A stretch of 64,000 nucleotides of DNA from Eledone cirrhosa. Taxonomy: Eukaryota. Position numbers and translations under genes: made by a program. The notes beneath the pieces are model-generated. The model was not told the DNA's origin, did no database searches, and saw only the letters and a list, made by a program, of their open reading frames with translations. The stretch is taken from the NCBI GenBank assembly GCA_964016885.1, contig OZ024742.1, positions 81,220,001 through 81,284,000 of the forward strand, written 5' to 3'. Numbering within the stretch: the stretch's first letter is position 1; every line of letters starts with the position of its first letter. Positions 1 to 13,810 of the stretch are shown one piece after another.

Positions 1-783
1 TATCCGCGTGATTAATTTGTGATTACACTCTTTTGGCACAGTTACGGAGGGCAGACTTTACAGTGGCCGAATAGGTCCCTGCAGGCCGCTATGAGGTAGA
101 AGTTAGTATTGACATCTCCCTGTTACGCGATGTTGAGTCGACAATGGAGGAGGGAAAGGGATCCATAGTCGTTCGGATCCTCTATCAATAATTGATCGGA
201 GATAAGTGAGACGAGATGGCTGGTATAAATGGAACAACACAAACACATGCGGCAGTCGAGCGAATGTTAGTATGTGTATATAAACCACCCAACGACCGAT
301 ACAGACAAACACGGACAGACGTCTGCTACCCTACTAGCTACCATTGACAGGACGCAAAGACTTGGCAGCAATGATCCGTACACACAACCCCAGCAACCCA
401 TTATTCTAGTGTGAACGACTGCTACAATTTACCACTTTACTTGACGCACCACATATGCGCTCAATTGAGTATTACAATTGTACGCACACGGTGAACAACA
501 AAGCCCACGCGCTGTACTTTCCCCAACGCAACTCTTTCCCTTTGCAAAACCCGTTGTTGAATGTGATACCCGAAATATATGGAGAACTAAATCGCTTTCA
601 AGGAACTCTATATCTTGCTGTCTTTTTACGACATTCTTATGTTCTCTTACACTCTCTACGTCTCTTTCTACGCTTCTTCCAACTTCTCTCCCTCATCTCA
701 TTACTACCTGATTTTATTACCCGGAGATTTACGCAATTTCATTGTTAAGACTTCCAAATCAACTACTTTATATATTTATATTC

Positions 784-870
<87 letters not shown>

Positions 871-873
871 ATA

Positions 874-1222
874 TATTATTCAAAATATTAATAAATGAAG
901 ACGTTCACATAATCAAAATATATGTTTTATTATATATATTTCGGAGGTACTATGGTGTTTTTTCTCTACGTCCTCAGCAGATAAAATATATGAATCGATG
1001 TATGACATACATCAATTCATATATTTTATCTGATGAGGACGTACTGAAAAAAACAGCACAGTACCTCCGAAATATATATAATAAAACATATAGTTTGATT
1101 ATGTGAGCGTCTTCATTTATTAATATTTTGAATAATATTAATAATTCCAGAAAACTTATGTAGAGTGTTTTTAATCTATTGTAAAACTTGAGTAATCAAT
1201 GAACCATATTAATCTTTGGTTA
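874..1222 (+). mobile_element. Non-coding foldback element (arms ~874-1004 / ~1008-1139) with HHR and unpaired 3' tail, between (TA)n tracts
   Basis: attcaaaatattaataaatgaagacg is mirrored by cgtcttcatttattaatattttgaat; centre gtatg-a-catac; ~80 bp extra tail on the right. Confidence 0.8.
1024..1086 (+). ncRNA. Type I hammerhead ribozyme (mirror copy at 925-986 on - strand has a CTGCTGA core)
   Basis: ttttat-CTGATGA-gga(cgtactg...cagtacc)tcc-GAAA-tatata-TA^-ataaaa; stems I and II pair and stem III is palindromic. Confidence 0.85.
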
Positions 1223-1232
1223 CATATATATA

Positions 1233-1310
<78 letters not shown>

Positions 1311-1339
1311 TCATAAGGACATATATGTATATATTTAGA

Positions 1340-2526
1340 CATAGTCACAGACACATATATGAGTATGGCTACCTTCATGTGTGTGGCTCTATAAAATAAT
1401 TAATTAAGCAAATAATTATTAATCAGAGCTATATAAAATTATAAGTTTGAAGAACAGTCAGACAAAATATATCCAATTCTTTTCCTCCTTAGTCCGTACT
1501 AGATAAATAATCACTTATACGGTGCTAAGTTTAAAATGAAACTTTGAAGAAATAACCGATAAATATCACAGACTTTCCTCTGTGCGGAACAGTCAGATAA
1601 AATTTACACAGTCTTTCCTCTTAGTCCGTAGAAATTAACTAGACAAATAATCAATTAAACGGAGCTAAGTCTAAAATGCAAGTTTGAAGAAAAAAATGCA
1701 TATAAATTTTACCAAAATTCTTCTAGTCCCACTATCGATAATTTCGCTCGTATTTTGTGGATATGTCTAATCGTGGTATCATCCATGAGGCTTCAAGCTT
1801 TTCAAGAGTCTCCCTCAGTTAGGACTAAAGTTTCTCAAGTGATCGCCGCCAGTAACGAATTAAAAAGGCGTGAAAAACATCACGTGACTGACGGTCAAAG
1901 TAGAAGGGTTGTGAAGAGTAGACCGGATGGCAGGTTGTTTCATTGCTAGAGGGGGCTTTATGTCCTTATAAATCTATTCTATAGTCCCTTACTCTTGAGT
2001 AAACCTTAGGCGGTAACTGACTGCTTCTTCTAGCAATGAACCTACCTGCCATCCGGTCTACCCTTCACACACTTCTACTTTGACCTCTAGTCACGTGAAT
2101 TCGTTACTGGCGGCGATCACTTTAGAAACTTTAGTCCTAACTGAGGGAGGCTCTTGAAAAGCTTGAAGCCTCGTGGCTAATACCACGATTAGATATATTC
2201 TCAAAATATGAGCGAAATTGTCGGTAGTCGGGACTACAAGAACTTTGATAAACATTTATCTGAATTTCTTTCTTCAAACATGCATTTTAGACTTAGGTCC
2301 GTTTAATTGATTAATTGTCTAGTTAATTTCTACGGACTAAGAGGAAAGACTGTGTAAATGTTATCTGACTGTTCCTCACATAGGAAAGTCTGTGATATTT
2401 ATCGGTTATTTCTTCAAAGTTACATTTTAAACTTAGCTCCGTTTAAATGATTATTTATCGAGTTGATTTCTACGGACTAAGGAGGAAAATAATTGAATAC
2501 ATTTTGTCTGACTGTTCTTCAAACTT
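1340..2526 (-). mobile_element. Foldback element with diverged ~500 bp arms (1443-1950 / 2029-2526), an internal ~135 bp subrepeat and an HHR in each arm
   Basis: Arms are reverse complements with many substitutions; ~78 bp spacer; left-hand extension resembles 45130-45210. Confidence 0.8.
2132..2236 (+). ncRNA. Hammerhead ribozyme, U3:A8 core variant with large stem II (mirror 1724-1827 on -)
   Basis: ctc-TTGAAAA-gctt...gagc-GAAA-ttgtcggtag-TC^-gggacta; tagtcc/ggacta can extend stem I; mirror stem III is ttatcgatag. Confidence 0.6.
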
Positions 2527-2544
2527 CTAATATATATATATATA

Positions 2545-2735
2545 ACGAAGGAATTGTGGTAAGGAACCAGATGGAACATAACGCACCAGAGTACTCAATA
2601 CGTAGAGTAGTAGAGTGGGTAATAGGAAAATGTATGACCCAGACAGCAGAGCTTAAGCCGTTTCGACGGCTATTTCTGGACTCCAGAAATAGCCCTCGAA
2701 ACGGCTTGAGCTCTGCTGGTGGGGTCATACATTTT

Positions 2736-2740
<5 letters not shown>
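2545..2740 (-). mobile_element. Short foldback of a pLTR-like 3' end (centre 2681); related pieces at ~16125-16240, ~41415-41551, ~46062-46190
   Basis: ggaaaatgtatgaccc...tatttctgga-c-tccagaaata...gggtcatacattttcc; shared sequence cattttcctatt...ctactac...tattgagtactctggtgcgttatg. Confidence 0.65.
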
Positions 2741-2792
<52 letters not shown>

Positions 2793-3387
2793 GTATGCGT
2801 GTGTGTGTGTGTGTATGTGTGTTTGTTCTTGCGGGTGTGGTATGTGTGTGCATAGGCAGGGGTGCATGATAGAATTTAATTACTATCCCTCGAATGTAGC
2901 CACACTTGCTCTCAAATGAATAATAGCTTCATTTTGAGGAATATCTAGAAATCACAATAACCTCTACATTTGATTAAGCAACGGTATGTCAATATGCTGG
3001 GTTTAATATACAGGATATCATTTTTAGAAGAAAGGCCCTGTATTTTTCAAATCAAAATAAAATGTTCAATGCAATGATCTGCACTTATGTTCTTGCTTTA
3101 ACTTTATTCATTTCATGAGTTGGAAAACGCTTGGAGATAGCCATATATTTTTTTTATTCCATTGTATAATCATATCACGTGTAAACATACATTGCACTAA
3201 AGCAAACTGTTTATCTATCATGGAAATATTCACTCGTAAGGGAATAAAAGGGAAGCTATAATATAAGCAGTAGCGAGTGTCTATAGATAACACCCCGAAT
3301 TATATACGCTTTATACACGAGATACATATTTCTACATTAGTTCTACTTCACTAAGGTACTACAATATATATACATATACACGCACTT

Positions 3388-3495
<108 letters not shown>

Positions 3496-4463
3496 GAGTG
3501 TGTGTCGGTGTATGAAAGAAAAAATATACACTCACATACAAAGACATATGTATGTATACATATATATATGTATATATATATATATTGTTATACTTGGGGA
3601 GGATCATATTTGTGTAATATTGCCAGAATAGTATGTGTGTGTGTGTCTGTGTGTGTCTGTCTGTGTGTGTCTGTCTGTGTCTGTGTGTGTGTATAAAAGA
3701 ATTAGTACGTTTGCCTTTCTATGTGTGGCCCTGTTTCTTTAACATAGTTAATAGAATAAACCAAAGCTGTCCACTGTAAATGCATTTGCAGCTATACAAT
3801 CAATGAGGGAGTTCTACGAAAACACTGAATAAGATTGATAAAAGTAGAAAAGTAAAAACACACATTTTGTGAAAGAGATATTGAGATGAATAAACAAACA
3901 GTTGAGGTGAATAGGAAAATAAATCAAACGTAGTGTATGGCATTCTTACATACCCTATACTGATTTTCAGGTAGGGAATTGACGAGGAAAAGGTAATATT
4001 AATCAAACGAGATTTGCTAAAATTACAACCGAGTTTGAATCATATCCGGAAATGACCTGCAAAGATCTATGATATGCAACAGCATAATCTAGTTCAGTAG
4101 CCGTAAATGGTATTGGGTTAATGCAGTTTGAAATGAAAGCCTTGTAGTTAAGAAACTCTATTTTAGTTGGAAGCCTGAAACTGATATCCTAAACAAACAA
4201 TGTTCATGCTGTCTATATAATATGCTACAATGAAAAGCAATATCTGATCGAAATTTCAAATACAAGAAATGATGCACACATGAAATTAAAACATGAGCAA
4301 TAGAAGTTCGCCATAAATATGTGACAATATTGGTTGCTTTAAATAAAAAAAACTGATGCTAATCTATATAAAATCTCATTGTAAATGTTGAATTTTATAA
4401 TACATTCATGCTCTTTAACATTTCCCTTTGTATATATATATATATATATAAGTATATATATTT

Positions 4464-4503
<40 letters not shown>

Positions 4504-4509
4504 AGTATA

Positions 4510-4564
<55 letters not shown>

Positions 4565-4579
4565 TAGTAATAATAATAA

Positions 4580-5548
4580 TAAATTTGAAGACTAAAATCC
4601 AAAGAGGGCTCGATAAGGATAAATATATATCAAATATATAAGAACCGTAGAGCAAATATTTATTAAAATAACATATTAAAGTTTAAGCAAAGAATCGCTG
4701 CTTTCACCCTTAACGGGATCTTCTGAAACTAACAAAGTCAATCTGTAAACGCAGAATTGGATATTTCGAAAAACGTAGCAACAGGAGGAAGACAGGAAGA
4801 CGATACTTTGGTTCGTGGAAACGTTAGCTGGCAAAGAACGAAAAAAAACGAATAATACGTCATTAATAGGAGCGGTGAAAAACAATTACGCGCAAAGACA
4901 GAACCAAGTTTATGGTATAAAAGAGGTCGTAGACTAATGTTCTCTTAGGTTTTGCATAGAGACGTTCTCTGGCAATGAACGAAAAAACGAAGATAATACG
5001 TCATATGTGGAGCGTGGTGAACAATAGCACGCAAAGACAAAACCACGTAAATGGTATAGCAGAAGTCGTAGACTAAAATTCTAACTAGTAGACCAAATGT
5101 AGCGGAGATTTGGTCTAGTTAGAATTTTAGTCTACGACTTCTGCTATACCATTTACGTGGTTTTTTTCTTTGCGTGCTAGTGTTCACCACGCTCCACATA
5201 TGACGTATTATCTTCGTTTTTTCGTTCATTGCCAGAGAACGTCTCTATGCACCACCTAAGAGAACATTAGTCTACGACCTCTTTTATACCATAAACGTGG
5301 TTCTGTCTTTGCGCGTAATTGTTTTTCACTGCTCCTATTAATGACGTATTATTCGTTTTTTCCCGTTCTTTGCCAACGAAAGTTCCCACGAACCAAAGTA
5401 TCGTCTTCCTGTCTTCCTCCGGTTGCTACGTTTTTTTAAATATCCAGTTCTGCGTTTACAGATTGACTTTGTTAGTTTCAGAAGATTCCGTTAAGGGTGA
5501 AAGCAGCGATTCTTTGCTTAAACTTTAATCTGTTATTTTAATAAATAT
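4580..5548 (-). mobile_element. Foldback element, ~440 bp arms (4656-5098 / 5108-5548), internal ~140 bp subrepeat, HHR in each arm
   Basis: ORF track shows near-identical translations on opposite strands (4676-4885 -, 5319-5528 +); centre gaccaaat-N9-atttggtc; flanked by (TA)n. Confidence 0.85.
5474..5524 (+). ncRNA. Hammerhead-like motif with U4A core (mirror 4680-4730 on -)
   Basis: agttt-CAGAAGA-t(t/c)cc gttaa gggt-GAAA-gca...tgc-TT^-aaact. Confidence 0.6.
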
Positions 5549-5599
5549 ACATATATATATATAGTATTAAGGATACTATTTATGGTTATGTATACAGTA

Positions 5600-5803
5600 A
5601 AACCTTTTATAGTTATTTCGTTTCTGAAGAGGTCACATAGTGTGTGACGAAAGAACTATGACTATATATAAACAACTATCAGGTTGTGGAACCAACCAAC
5701 CAACCAGAAATTTATAAATTTATAAATTTATTATAATAAATTGAAGTGAAAGCAACTGGTGCGTGTGTTTCTTATTGGCAACATGACCCTCCCAAAGTAT
5801 AAC
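5600..5803 (+). mobile_element. Solo pLTR related to the element at 28085-29865, with HHR-like core at 5608-5668
   Basis: CTGAAGA-g-gtcaca...tgtgac-GAAAgaac-TA-tgactata; ends atgaccctcccaaagtataac, like the reverse complement of gttatacttggagagggtcat at 28084. Confidence 0.5.
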
Positions 5804-5899
5804 TTTTATAGTTATATATATTTTAAATCCTAAACAGTGAAAGACAGTAATTTATTACTACCTTATTACCAGTAAGATAAATAGCTCAATGTAATAACA

Positions 5900-7170
5900 T
5901 CAGTTGTTCTACAGAGCAGTTATATAGAAATTACATGAATCAAAGTTCTGTTCAAATCATTTATTCGCTTACAATTGTTTCTTCCAAACCGAGGTTTGGG
6001 GTCGTCGGAGCAATTTTCCAATGAGTGTTTACATACTTGACCTCCTTTTCAACACAAGAGACATACAGAAACATATGTATATATTGATGCACAGTGGGTT
6101 GACATCCATTATAATATTTAAGCATGGCAGTTTACATTTAAAGATTAAAGTCATATTAAAAGAAAATTACAACAAAATTAAAGTTATAATACAACATTGG
6201 CAGTCTATGAAGGTGATGCAGGAGGATAGTTAGAAGTAGTTAGTTACACGTGGGGCATGCACGTGTGTCCTATTTATATAAGATTATAGTGCGGTAAGGT
6301 GTTATATGGAATATAAGCACTTTAAGCGGGCAATCAAGTGTATTATGGGGGTTGTATAGTATTTTATATGTATGATATAGAAGCTTGTGTGCAGAGAAAT
6401 ATTTAAAGTATTAATAATGAGAAGCAAAACAGTGTTATGGTTTTTCGTATACACCACCATTTTAACAATTCAGGAAACGTAATATATAGATTATATGTCC
6501 TTCACATAATCTACGATGAATCAATAGTGGATGCTTGATGAATAAGGTTGGAATATTACATCTTGATGTTCTTTAATCTAATATTATATAGCAGGTTGTT
6601 TTTGTTGCGAGGCTTAACATCGTATTATTTTCCGGAAGTGTGTGTGTGATTAAGGGGAGTTAATGCGTGAGGGTGGTAACTAGCTGATTTCTATAACTAA
6701 AATATGTTATCCTAATGTACATTAAATGGTGTCACACATGAGTCTCTATCATATAGGTTATAAACAGTTTCTAAGTATAAGTACCCTATCTATAACTAAA
6801 ATATATTATCCTAATGTACATTAAATGGTGTCACACATGAGTCTCTATCATATAGGTTATAAACAGTTTCTAAGTATAAGTACCCTATCTATAAATTACA
6901 GTCTAGTCTATTAAGAAGGACTAAAGGTGTTCATATTAGGATGATTACCCTTTATCATAAAGTGCCTCAACTGAATATTCTACATGAAGAGTCAGATCCC
7001 CAAATCAATGATCTTTGTAAGTGTAGTCTACCCGCAGAACCTGGCAGGGTTTTATTATAATCACTTCGATATATAACTCCCGGTAAGCTCAGGGTCTGTG
7101 CATGTCTGATTTGATGGCGAAGTTAAATATCACTAGGGTAGACCAGAGATTAATTCTCACTTACAATTTC
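5900..7170 (+). pseudogene. Highly decayed LINE RT/3' remnant (L2/CR1-like)
   Basis: Scattered motif-like pieces (HLFA, FTYL, IIFKHG, Cys-rich end); no continuous frame. Confidence 0.25.
6690..6894. repeat. Near-perfect 99 bp tandem duplication
   Basis: ctataa(ctaaaatat) recurs at 6691, 6790 and 6889. Confidence 0.9.
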
Positions 7171-7175
7171 ACCAA

Positions 7176-7442
<267 letters not shown>

Positions 7443-7719
7443 GATATTAACAATTGGAAACTATATTTATAAAACAAGATCTATTTTATTATACATATTT
7501 CAAGGATACGATGTTAAATTATGGTATGCTTTCATCAGACAAAATACAATATATACCAGTTTTATAAATAAATATTGATATACCCTTTCAAAATGCAACC
7601 GTTACTTTTGGAAGACATCAGGCATAGTGGATTTGTTTACTTATATTAGTAAGTCGTTGTGTTACGGAGAATGAAAAAGACCCAGAGAGAGAAATTTATA
7701 ACGATTTTATAACGATCTT

Positions 7720-9530
7720 ATATTAAAGGAACTAAGGAAGAAATACAAAGTAGCAAATAAAGACGACCTTGAAAAACTGAATACAGATGCCTCTTGTATA
7801 ATGCATGAACTAGACATTGAAAATAAGACGCAACCCTTCATGCCAAGGAAACCTAAGATTAATATGAAGGATCATAAAAGAAACTTCGAAACTGATTTAC
7901 TAGTCAGATTAATTGCACCATCTAAATCTGAGCTTGGCAGACTTAGCAAAAATCTTCTAGACAGAATAATACCATACATTAAGAATTTACCTAATTTATC
8001 TTACTTAAAATTATGGAAAGGAACTAGTGAGGTTATGGATTGATTTAAAGAAATTAAATATAGCTATAATAATAAGTTTATGCAGTTGGATATTGCTAAC
8101 TACTACTCATCTATCACTCCTAATCTACTGAATAAGGCACTAACTTACAGACATAACTAGCAATGAAATGCACATTATATTATCGGCACGGAAAACATTA
8201 ATAGAATTTAATTACCAACTCTGGACTAGGGCAGATAGAAATAATAATTTCGACATAACTATGGGATCTTCAGACTCAGCTCAGGTAACGGACCTTGTGG
8301 GCCTATTTATAATTAATTCTCTACATAGAAAAATACCAGGTGTAACCGGAGTTTTATATCGTGACGACATGCTTCTACTTAGAGAAAATAATAGCTGTGA
8401 ACTAAATAGAAAAAGAAAACAAATTATACAATTTTTTAATTACCTTAATCTAAAAGTAGAAATAGAGAATATACCATAAAATAGTCAATTTTCTAGATGT
8501 AACACTAAATCTTAACACATGTCTTCATTATCCATTTCACAAACTAAATGCGAACTTAAATTATGTCTATTTTAACTCTAATCATCCCCAGATCCGTTAA
8601 AAATACTATAGTGAACTCTGTACAAGAACGAATTTCGAGAATTTCATCTAATAAGAATATATTTTATGAAAAAGCGCATTATTACAACGAAGGGTTAGTT
8701 ATGTAGAGCTGGGTATAGAAATAAAATTAAATACATCGATAATAATAATAATATAACCAAAATAATAACAATTTTAACTATGGTAACAGTTTTAAAAACT
8801 ATAACAGAAAACATTACAATAATTCCGAAAGCCGTAAAAGAAATAGAACTAAGAACATAGTATGGTTCGCTCCTCCTTTCTCACTAAATATTAAAACCCC
8901 TATTGCTAAACTATTCTTTAAAGCTCTTGACAAACGCTTCCCTAGAACACATAGATATTACTCAATTGTTCATAGACATACTACAAAATTAACTTACTCT
9001 TCCACCAAAAATTTAGCGCAAAATATTAATAGAATTAATAATAGAAATTTAAAACCTAACCAAAATACCAATAATAACCCAAGCAATATTCAATCGAATA
9101 ATTGTAACTGTAGAAATAAATCCAACTGTCCGTTAAATAACAATTGCTTAGCTAAAAATGTAGTTTATAATTGTAATGTAAAAACTAATTTAAATTCATT
9201 TAATTATGTCGGTTCTACCTCCACAGAGTTTAAATCCCGCTTCAATAATCATAAACATTATTTTACAGATCCAAACAGAAAATCTTCAACTTCGCTATCT
9301 AGCCTATTATGGGACCTAAAACGTGATAATGTTGAATATTTGCTGATTTGGAATATTATATCATAAGCTACTCCTTTTAATTCGACTTCAGAAAATTGCG
9401 ATCTTTGTATAGGGGAAATATTCTTTATATTAAAGACCAACAATTCCCTGAATTTAAGGAATCATTTATTCAGTTGCTGCATACATAGATTGAACTCAAC
9501 GTTTACATATAAATATAAATTTAAAACTAG
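7720..9530 (+). pseudogene. Disrupted PLE reverse transcriptase plus GIY-YIG endonuclease
   Basis: MKDHKRNF..RLIAPSKSELGRLSK, QLDIANYYSSI, MGSSDSAQVTDLVG, LYRDD, then CNC..CPL..C..NVVY..YVGST..FKSRFNNH; stops and frameshifts. Confidence 0.9.
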
Positions 9531-11111
9531 TATAATTAATTAAGTAATTTGGTTAATATATGAAACCTCTCGATAAATCATTAGATTCCTTCACCTTTTT
9601 CATTTTTCATTTTCTTTGGTTAAGTACTCAAGTATAAACAAATTTTCTTCCTAAATATAAATATAAATATAATAAACTATTCTCGAGAAATACATTGAGA
9701 GCTGTTGAAAGGAGAAAATATTTCCTATTTCTTATTCTTTATATTTTTTATATTTTTCATATTTGTTTATATTTTTTATATTTTTTTACATTTTATTTAT
9801 TTTTATTAGGTTTGTTTTTACTCTGATAGCTTCTCATAATTTTCGAAAGTTTATCCTTTCAATATCTTGAGTAAAATATACGTAAGATAAATTTCTATAC
9901 TAAATATATTAAACATATTATTTTAACTTAAAATATTCTATAATATTTTAAAATATTTTAATATTTTAATATTTTAGAATTCTTTTGTTTTTAAGTTATA
10001 TTGATATAATTATATTTCTAAAATATAATCATTTTGTATTTTATGTACTCAATTATACTATGTAATATATTGATGTATACTTATCTCTATACGAGTATGT
10101 ATGTATATGTGTATATTAACATACATATACATGTGTTATATGCATTTTTATGAATATATGTCTGTCTGTATATATGCATGCGTGACGTGTGTCTACCAAT
10201 TGGCTGAGGATGCACACACATGTTTATATATGTATATGTAAGAATTGTGTGTGTACATGTACATGTGTACCCATACAATTTGATTGCAGATGAAAATAAT
10301 TAACAGCCATAAATGCATGAAAGCTAATCTTATATATTTATATATATATATTAAACATTTTTATTTAATAACACAAAGAATGTATAACATTAATAAAAAA
10401 AAAAAATAATTTATGCTTTGTATGTATATATTATATACGGGGGTAGATATGATGTGTATTTTCTGACTGTGTGTATATATATATAAATTTATGTGTATTT
10501 TTTGCGTGTGTGTACGTGTTATATGATATGTAATTTCTCTAGCAATATATAGATTTCTTAATGTTTAAATTCTAATTTTTAATATATTGATCCCAATTTT
10601 TAAACTAAATATCTAATCATAGTTAAACAATGATTAATTTCTCATATTATATATGTATATTCCATTCATGAATATTAATATTTCTAGTTTTATTTATTCA
10701 TTTCATCTCAATTGTTAACCTAACTTAATATGACATGACTTAAGGTTTTCGTTCTCTCCCCCTCTCTCTATCTCTATATTTCTCTCTCTCGATTTTTTTT
10801 ACTCTCTGTCTGGTGTTTTGATATCTCTCACTCGTTTTTCTCTTTTATTCTTTTTTTCTTTTGCTTTTTTTCTTTTTCTTTCTTTATTTCTCCCTTTCTC
10901 TCTCCGCTTTTCTCTCTCTCCGTTTTTTTTCTCTCTCTCTCCGTTTCTTTTCTCTCTCCGTTTTTTCTTTCTCTCCGTCTTTTTCCTTCTCCGTAACACA
11001 ACGGCTTACTAATAGAAGTAAACAAATCCACTATCCCTGATGTCTTCCAAAAGTAACGGTTGCACTTTGAAAGGGTATGTCAATATTTATTTATAAAACT
11101 GGTATATATTG

Positions 11112-11176
11112 TATTTTGTCTGATGAAAGCATACCATAATTTAACATGGTATCCTTGAAATATGTATAATAAAATA
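11112..11176 (+). ncRNA. Type I hammerhead ribozyme in the pLTR (mirror 7482-7546 on -)
   Basis: tattttgt-CTGATGA-aagcataccat...atggtatcctt-GAAA-tatgta-TA^-ataaaata. Confidence 0.9.
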
Positions 11177-11303
11177 GATATGGTTTTATAAATATAGTTT
11201 CCATTTGTTAATATCGTATATTTACTCCAAATACTTGTCGAGTCTTTATATCACTTATAAAAAATATTTGCTTGTTTTATCCCAACAATTTAAATAGAAA
11301 TTT

Positions 11304-11377
<74 letters not shown>

Positions 11378-11380
11378 AAT

Positions 11381-11417
<37 letters not shown>

Positions 11418-11421
<4 letters not shown>

Positions 11422-12797
11422 TATCTTACTCCACGGCACCAAATATAGAGGCACACATTAACATGCTTAACGCTAAAAAGATACATAACAACACCAAAAT
11501 ACAAATATACAACAATAACAATACAATCAGCACCGAACACAACAGAATATCTAATACACAACCACCAGCTAATAGGCAAAGAAAACGTAGCACACTTGTC
11601 CAGGCATCGCAGCCCACAGATAATGCCAAAGTTGCCTATGACAAGAACTGTAGCTGCCACCTACCTGAAACCCGTCCATTATATAATGAATGTATGCAGT
11701 CTAACCTGGTTTACCAATGCACAGTGGAATCAGACAACCAGAAATGGTATTACATCGGAGCGACTGGGAATACATTTAAAGCCCGTTGGTATACACGCCG
11801 TTACGCAATGAAACATTCCCAGCACCGTTATGTAACTACCCTTGCAAACAAGACCTGGTAACTGAGGGAAAGTACCCATCAATACACCCTGAAATGGAAA
11901 TAATTATCGAACGCGCCCCCATATCGGACTGGTATGAGAAGCTGTCGATTATGCGACCTTGAGCTGTTCCCCATCTTAAGTTCGAAGAATAAGTTACTCA
12001 ACAATAAAATCGAGAGATAAATTTATTGTTCATAGACTCAAAGAGAAGTTTTCGCACTATAAATCGAACCCTTAACCTCTTACTACCAACTGACAAACTG
12101 CATATACTTAGACTTTATACTCTCTTGTTGTATCTAAACCCTTTATTTACCCACAAAACCAATACATATATGCCTCTCTTCTCCCTCATTCCCCTTCTAT
12201 TTCTTCGTTTTCTTCCTTCCTTCCCTCCCTTCTTGGCAATCTTTTCTTTTCTTCTTTCTCACACCCTTCTTGCTTTTATTTTTGTCATTATTATCTTTAA
12301 CTTTATTTGTTTATATATATATATATATATTTATCTCTTTATGCTTCCCCCTCTCTCTCTCCCTCTCTATCCATCCCTCCCACTATGATCAATTTAATTC
12401 TCTTTAACTCACTACATTCCACGACATGAAGTCTGCTATCAAAACTGACCAAGGAATCCTTCCAGCTCTAACCCTCCCTCCATCTCAGTTTGTCATTCTA
12501 CTTCCTACCTCTTCCCCTTTCCTCTCTCTCTATACTATTCCGTTTGTCCCCTCACCTTCTGATTCCTCTCTCTCGACAATAGTAAATACAATTCCAAATA
12601 AATGTTTTTCTCTATATATTAAGAATTATTTCAAGAGTAGCTTACTATTTTGAAAATTTGGACTGTGAACAAAAATTATAATTGAGTGGCTGGTATTTGC
12701 AGAATAGCAATATAAGGTTGCACTTACCAATGAAACGGTCGTAAATACCTGGATAAAAACATTCTCTTAATGCTTACCTGTGTTTTCCCTTTTATTT
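11418..12797 (+). mobile_element. 5'-truncated Neptune-type PLE: GIY-YIG remnant, pyrimidine-rich UTR and degenerate pLTR/HHR (~12692-12749)
   Basis: LSYSTAPN..CSC..PL..ECMQSNLVYQCTV..WYYIGATGNTFKARW; flanked by (TA)n. Confidence 0.8.
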
Positions 12798-13199
12798 ATA
12801 TATATATATATATATATATAGTGTAGCATCGGTATGTTAATTTTGCTTTATTGCTGGGTCTGAATTTAATGATTTATTGTTAATAATTGTTTCTACATTT
12901 TGGCACAAGGCTAGCAATTACCCAGTGCATTACTGGTAGGTTTATTGTTAATAATGCTTCCTCTACTGAGTTTATTGAGTTATTTCACGTTATCAGACAA
13001 TATCAGTTTAAATTTATTTTTCTTCGTGAGTTAGGGATACAAAAAGAAAAATATAGTGACAGTGTTTATTGTCAGATAGTTTATTAGTAAATATTCTGCA
13101 GGTTATATGCTGTTAATGTATCCGGAAGTCGCAATAATAATTCTAATATTCCCATACGTATGCCATGGTTGAATCAACACGGGTTAAAACTCACATATC

Positions 13200-13810
13200 A
13201 TAAAACATTTTTAAGTAACTCTCAAGGGAAAACCCATCACTGATTTACTTTGTACATGGTTATTATATTACAACAAAGTTAAGACTTTAAGAGCTCGCTT
13301 CACTTTCTATGAAAATTAGTCAATGTAACCTGAATTGGTCTATCAACATTAGGGGCAGAAAACAGGGACAATTACATATATAATCTGGATTAGGTTATTT
13401 AACTAAAACAGATACATAACTTAAACCAACATGAATATAGATTATACATTAGGTCTACTAGAAATCGGTCTGTTTGGAACACAATAGTTGCTCAAATATA
13501 TTTCATTATCTATTTGGTAAATTAAGGAATATGTATTTTTAAACGGTAAATCTACCAAATATAACTCCCCCCAACAAAAACAAAAATAAGAAAAGTAAAG
13601 TTTCAAACCTAACATATTTATCATTCTGCTAAGATATATATATCATTGTAAACTCTATTCACATAACTACTAACGTAGTTTCCCTTATATATATATTTTT
13701 TGTATATTTCATTACGTCCGTGCTTTTATCAATTTCCAAAAAGGAAAACTTACTCGGCCTGTTGAAGACATTTACTGGCAAACTTCTCAATTTTCACGGC
13801 AAAGTAATTA
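13200..13810 (+). pseudogene. Decayed L1/Tx1-like ORF2 3' end
   Basis: Piece reading like NL..I.AKIYIYHCK and a terminal FHGK; heavily disrupted. Confidence 0.3.

Noticed and set aside
3790-4300. Possible very old Dong-like remnant (NGIGLMQFE)
   Set aside because: Only one short motif; too decayed to support.
4676-5528. Duplicated 69 aa ORF on opposite strands (also 31545-32015)
   Set aside because: A by-product of the inverted repeats; no protein motif, and the conserved feature is the RNA fold.
11038-11082. Second HHR-like CTGATG..GAAA in the PLE pLTR
   Set aside because: The core reads CTGATGT and stems I and III do not pair; it looks like a plain hairpin.
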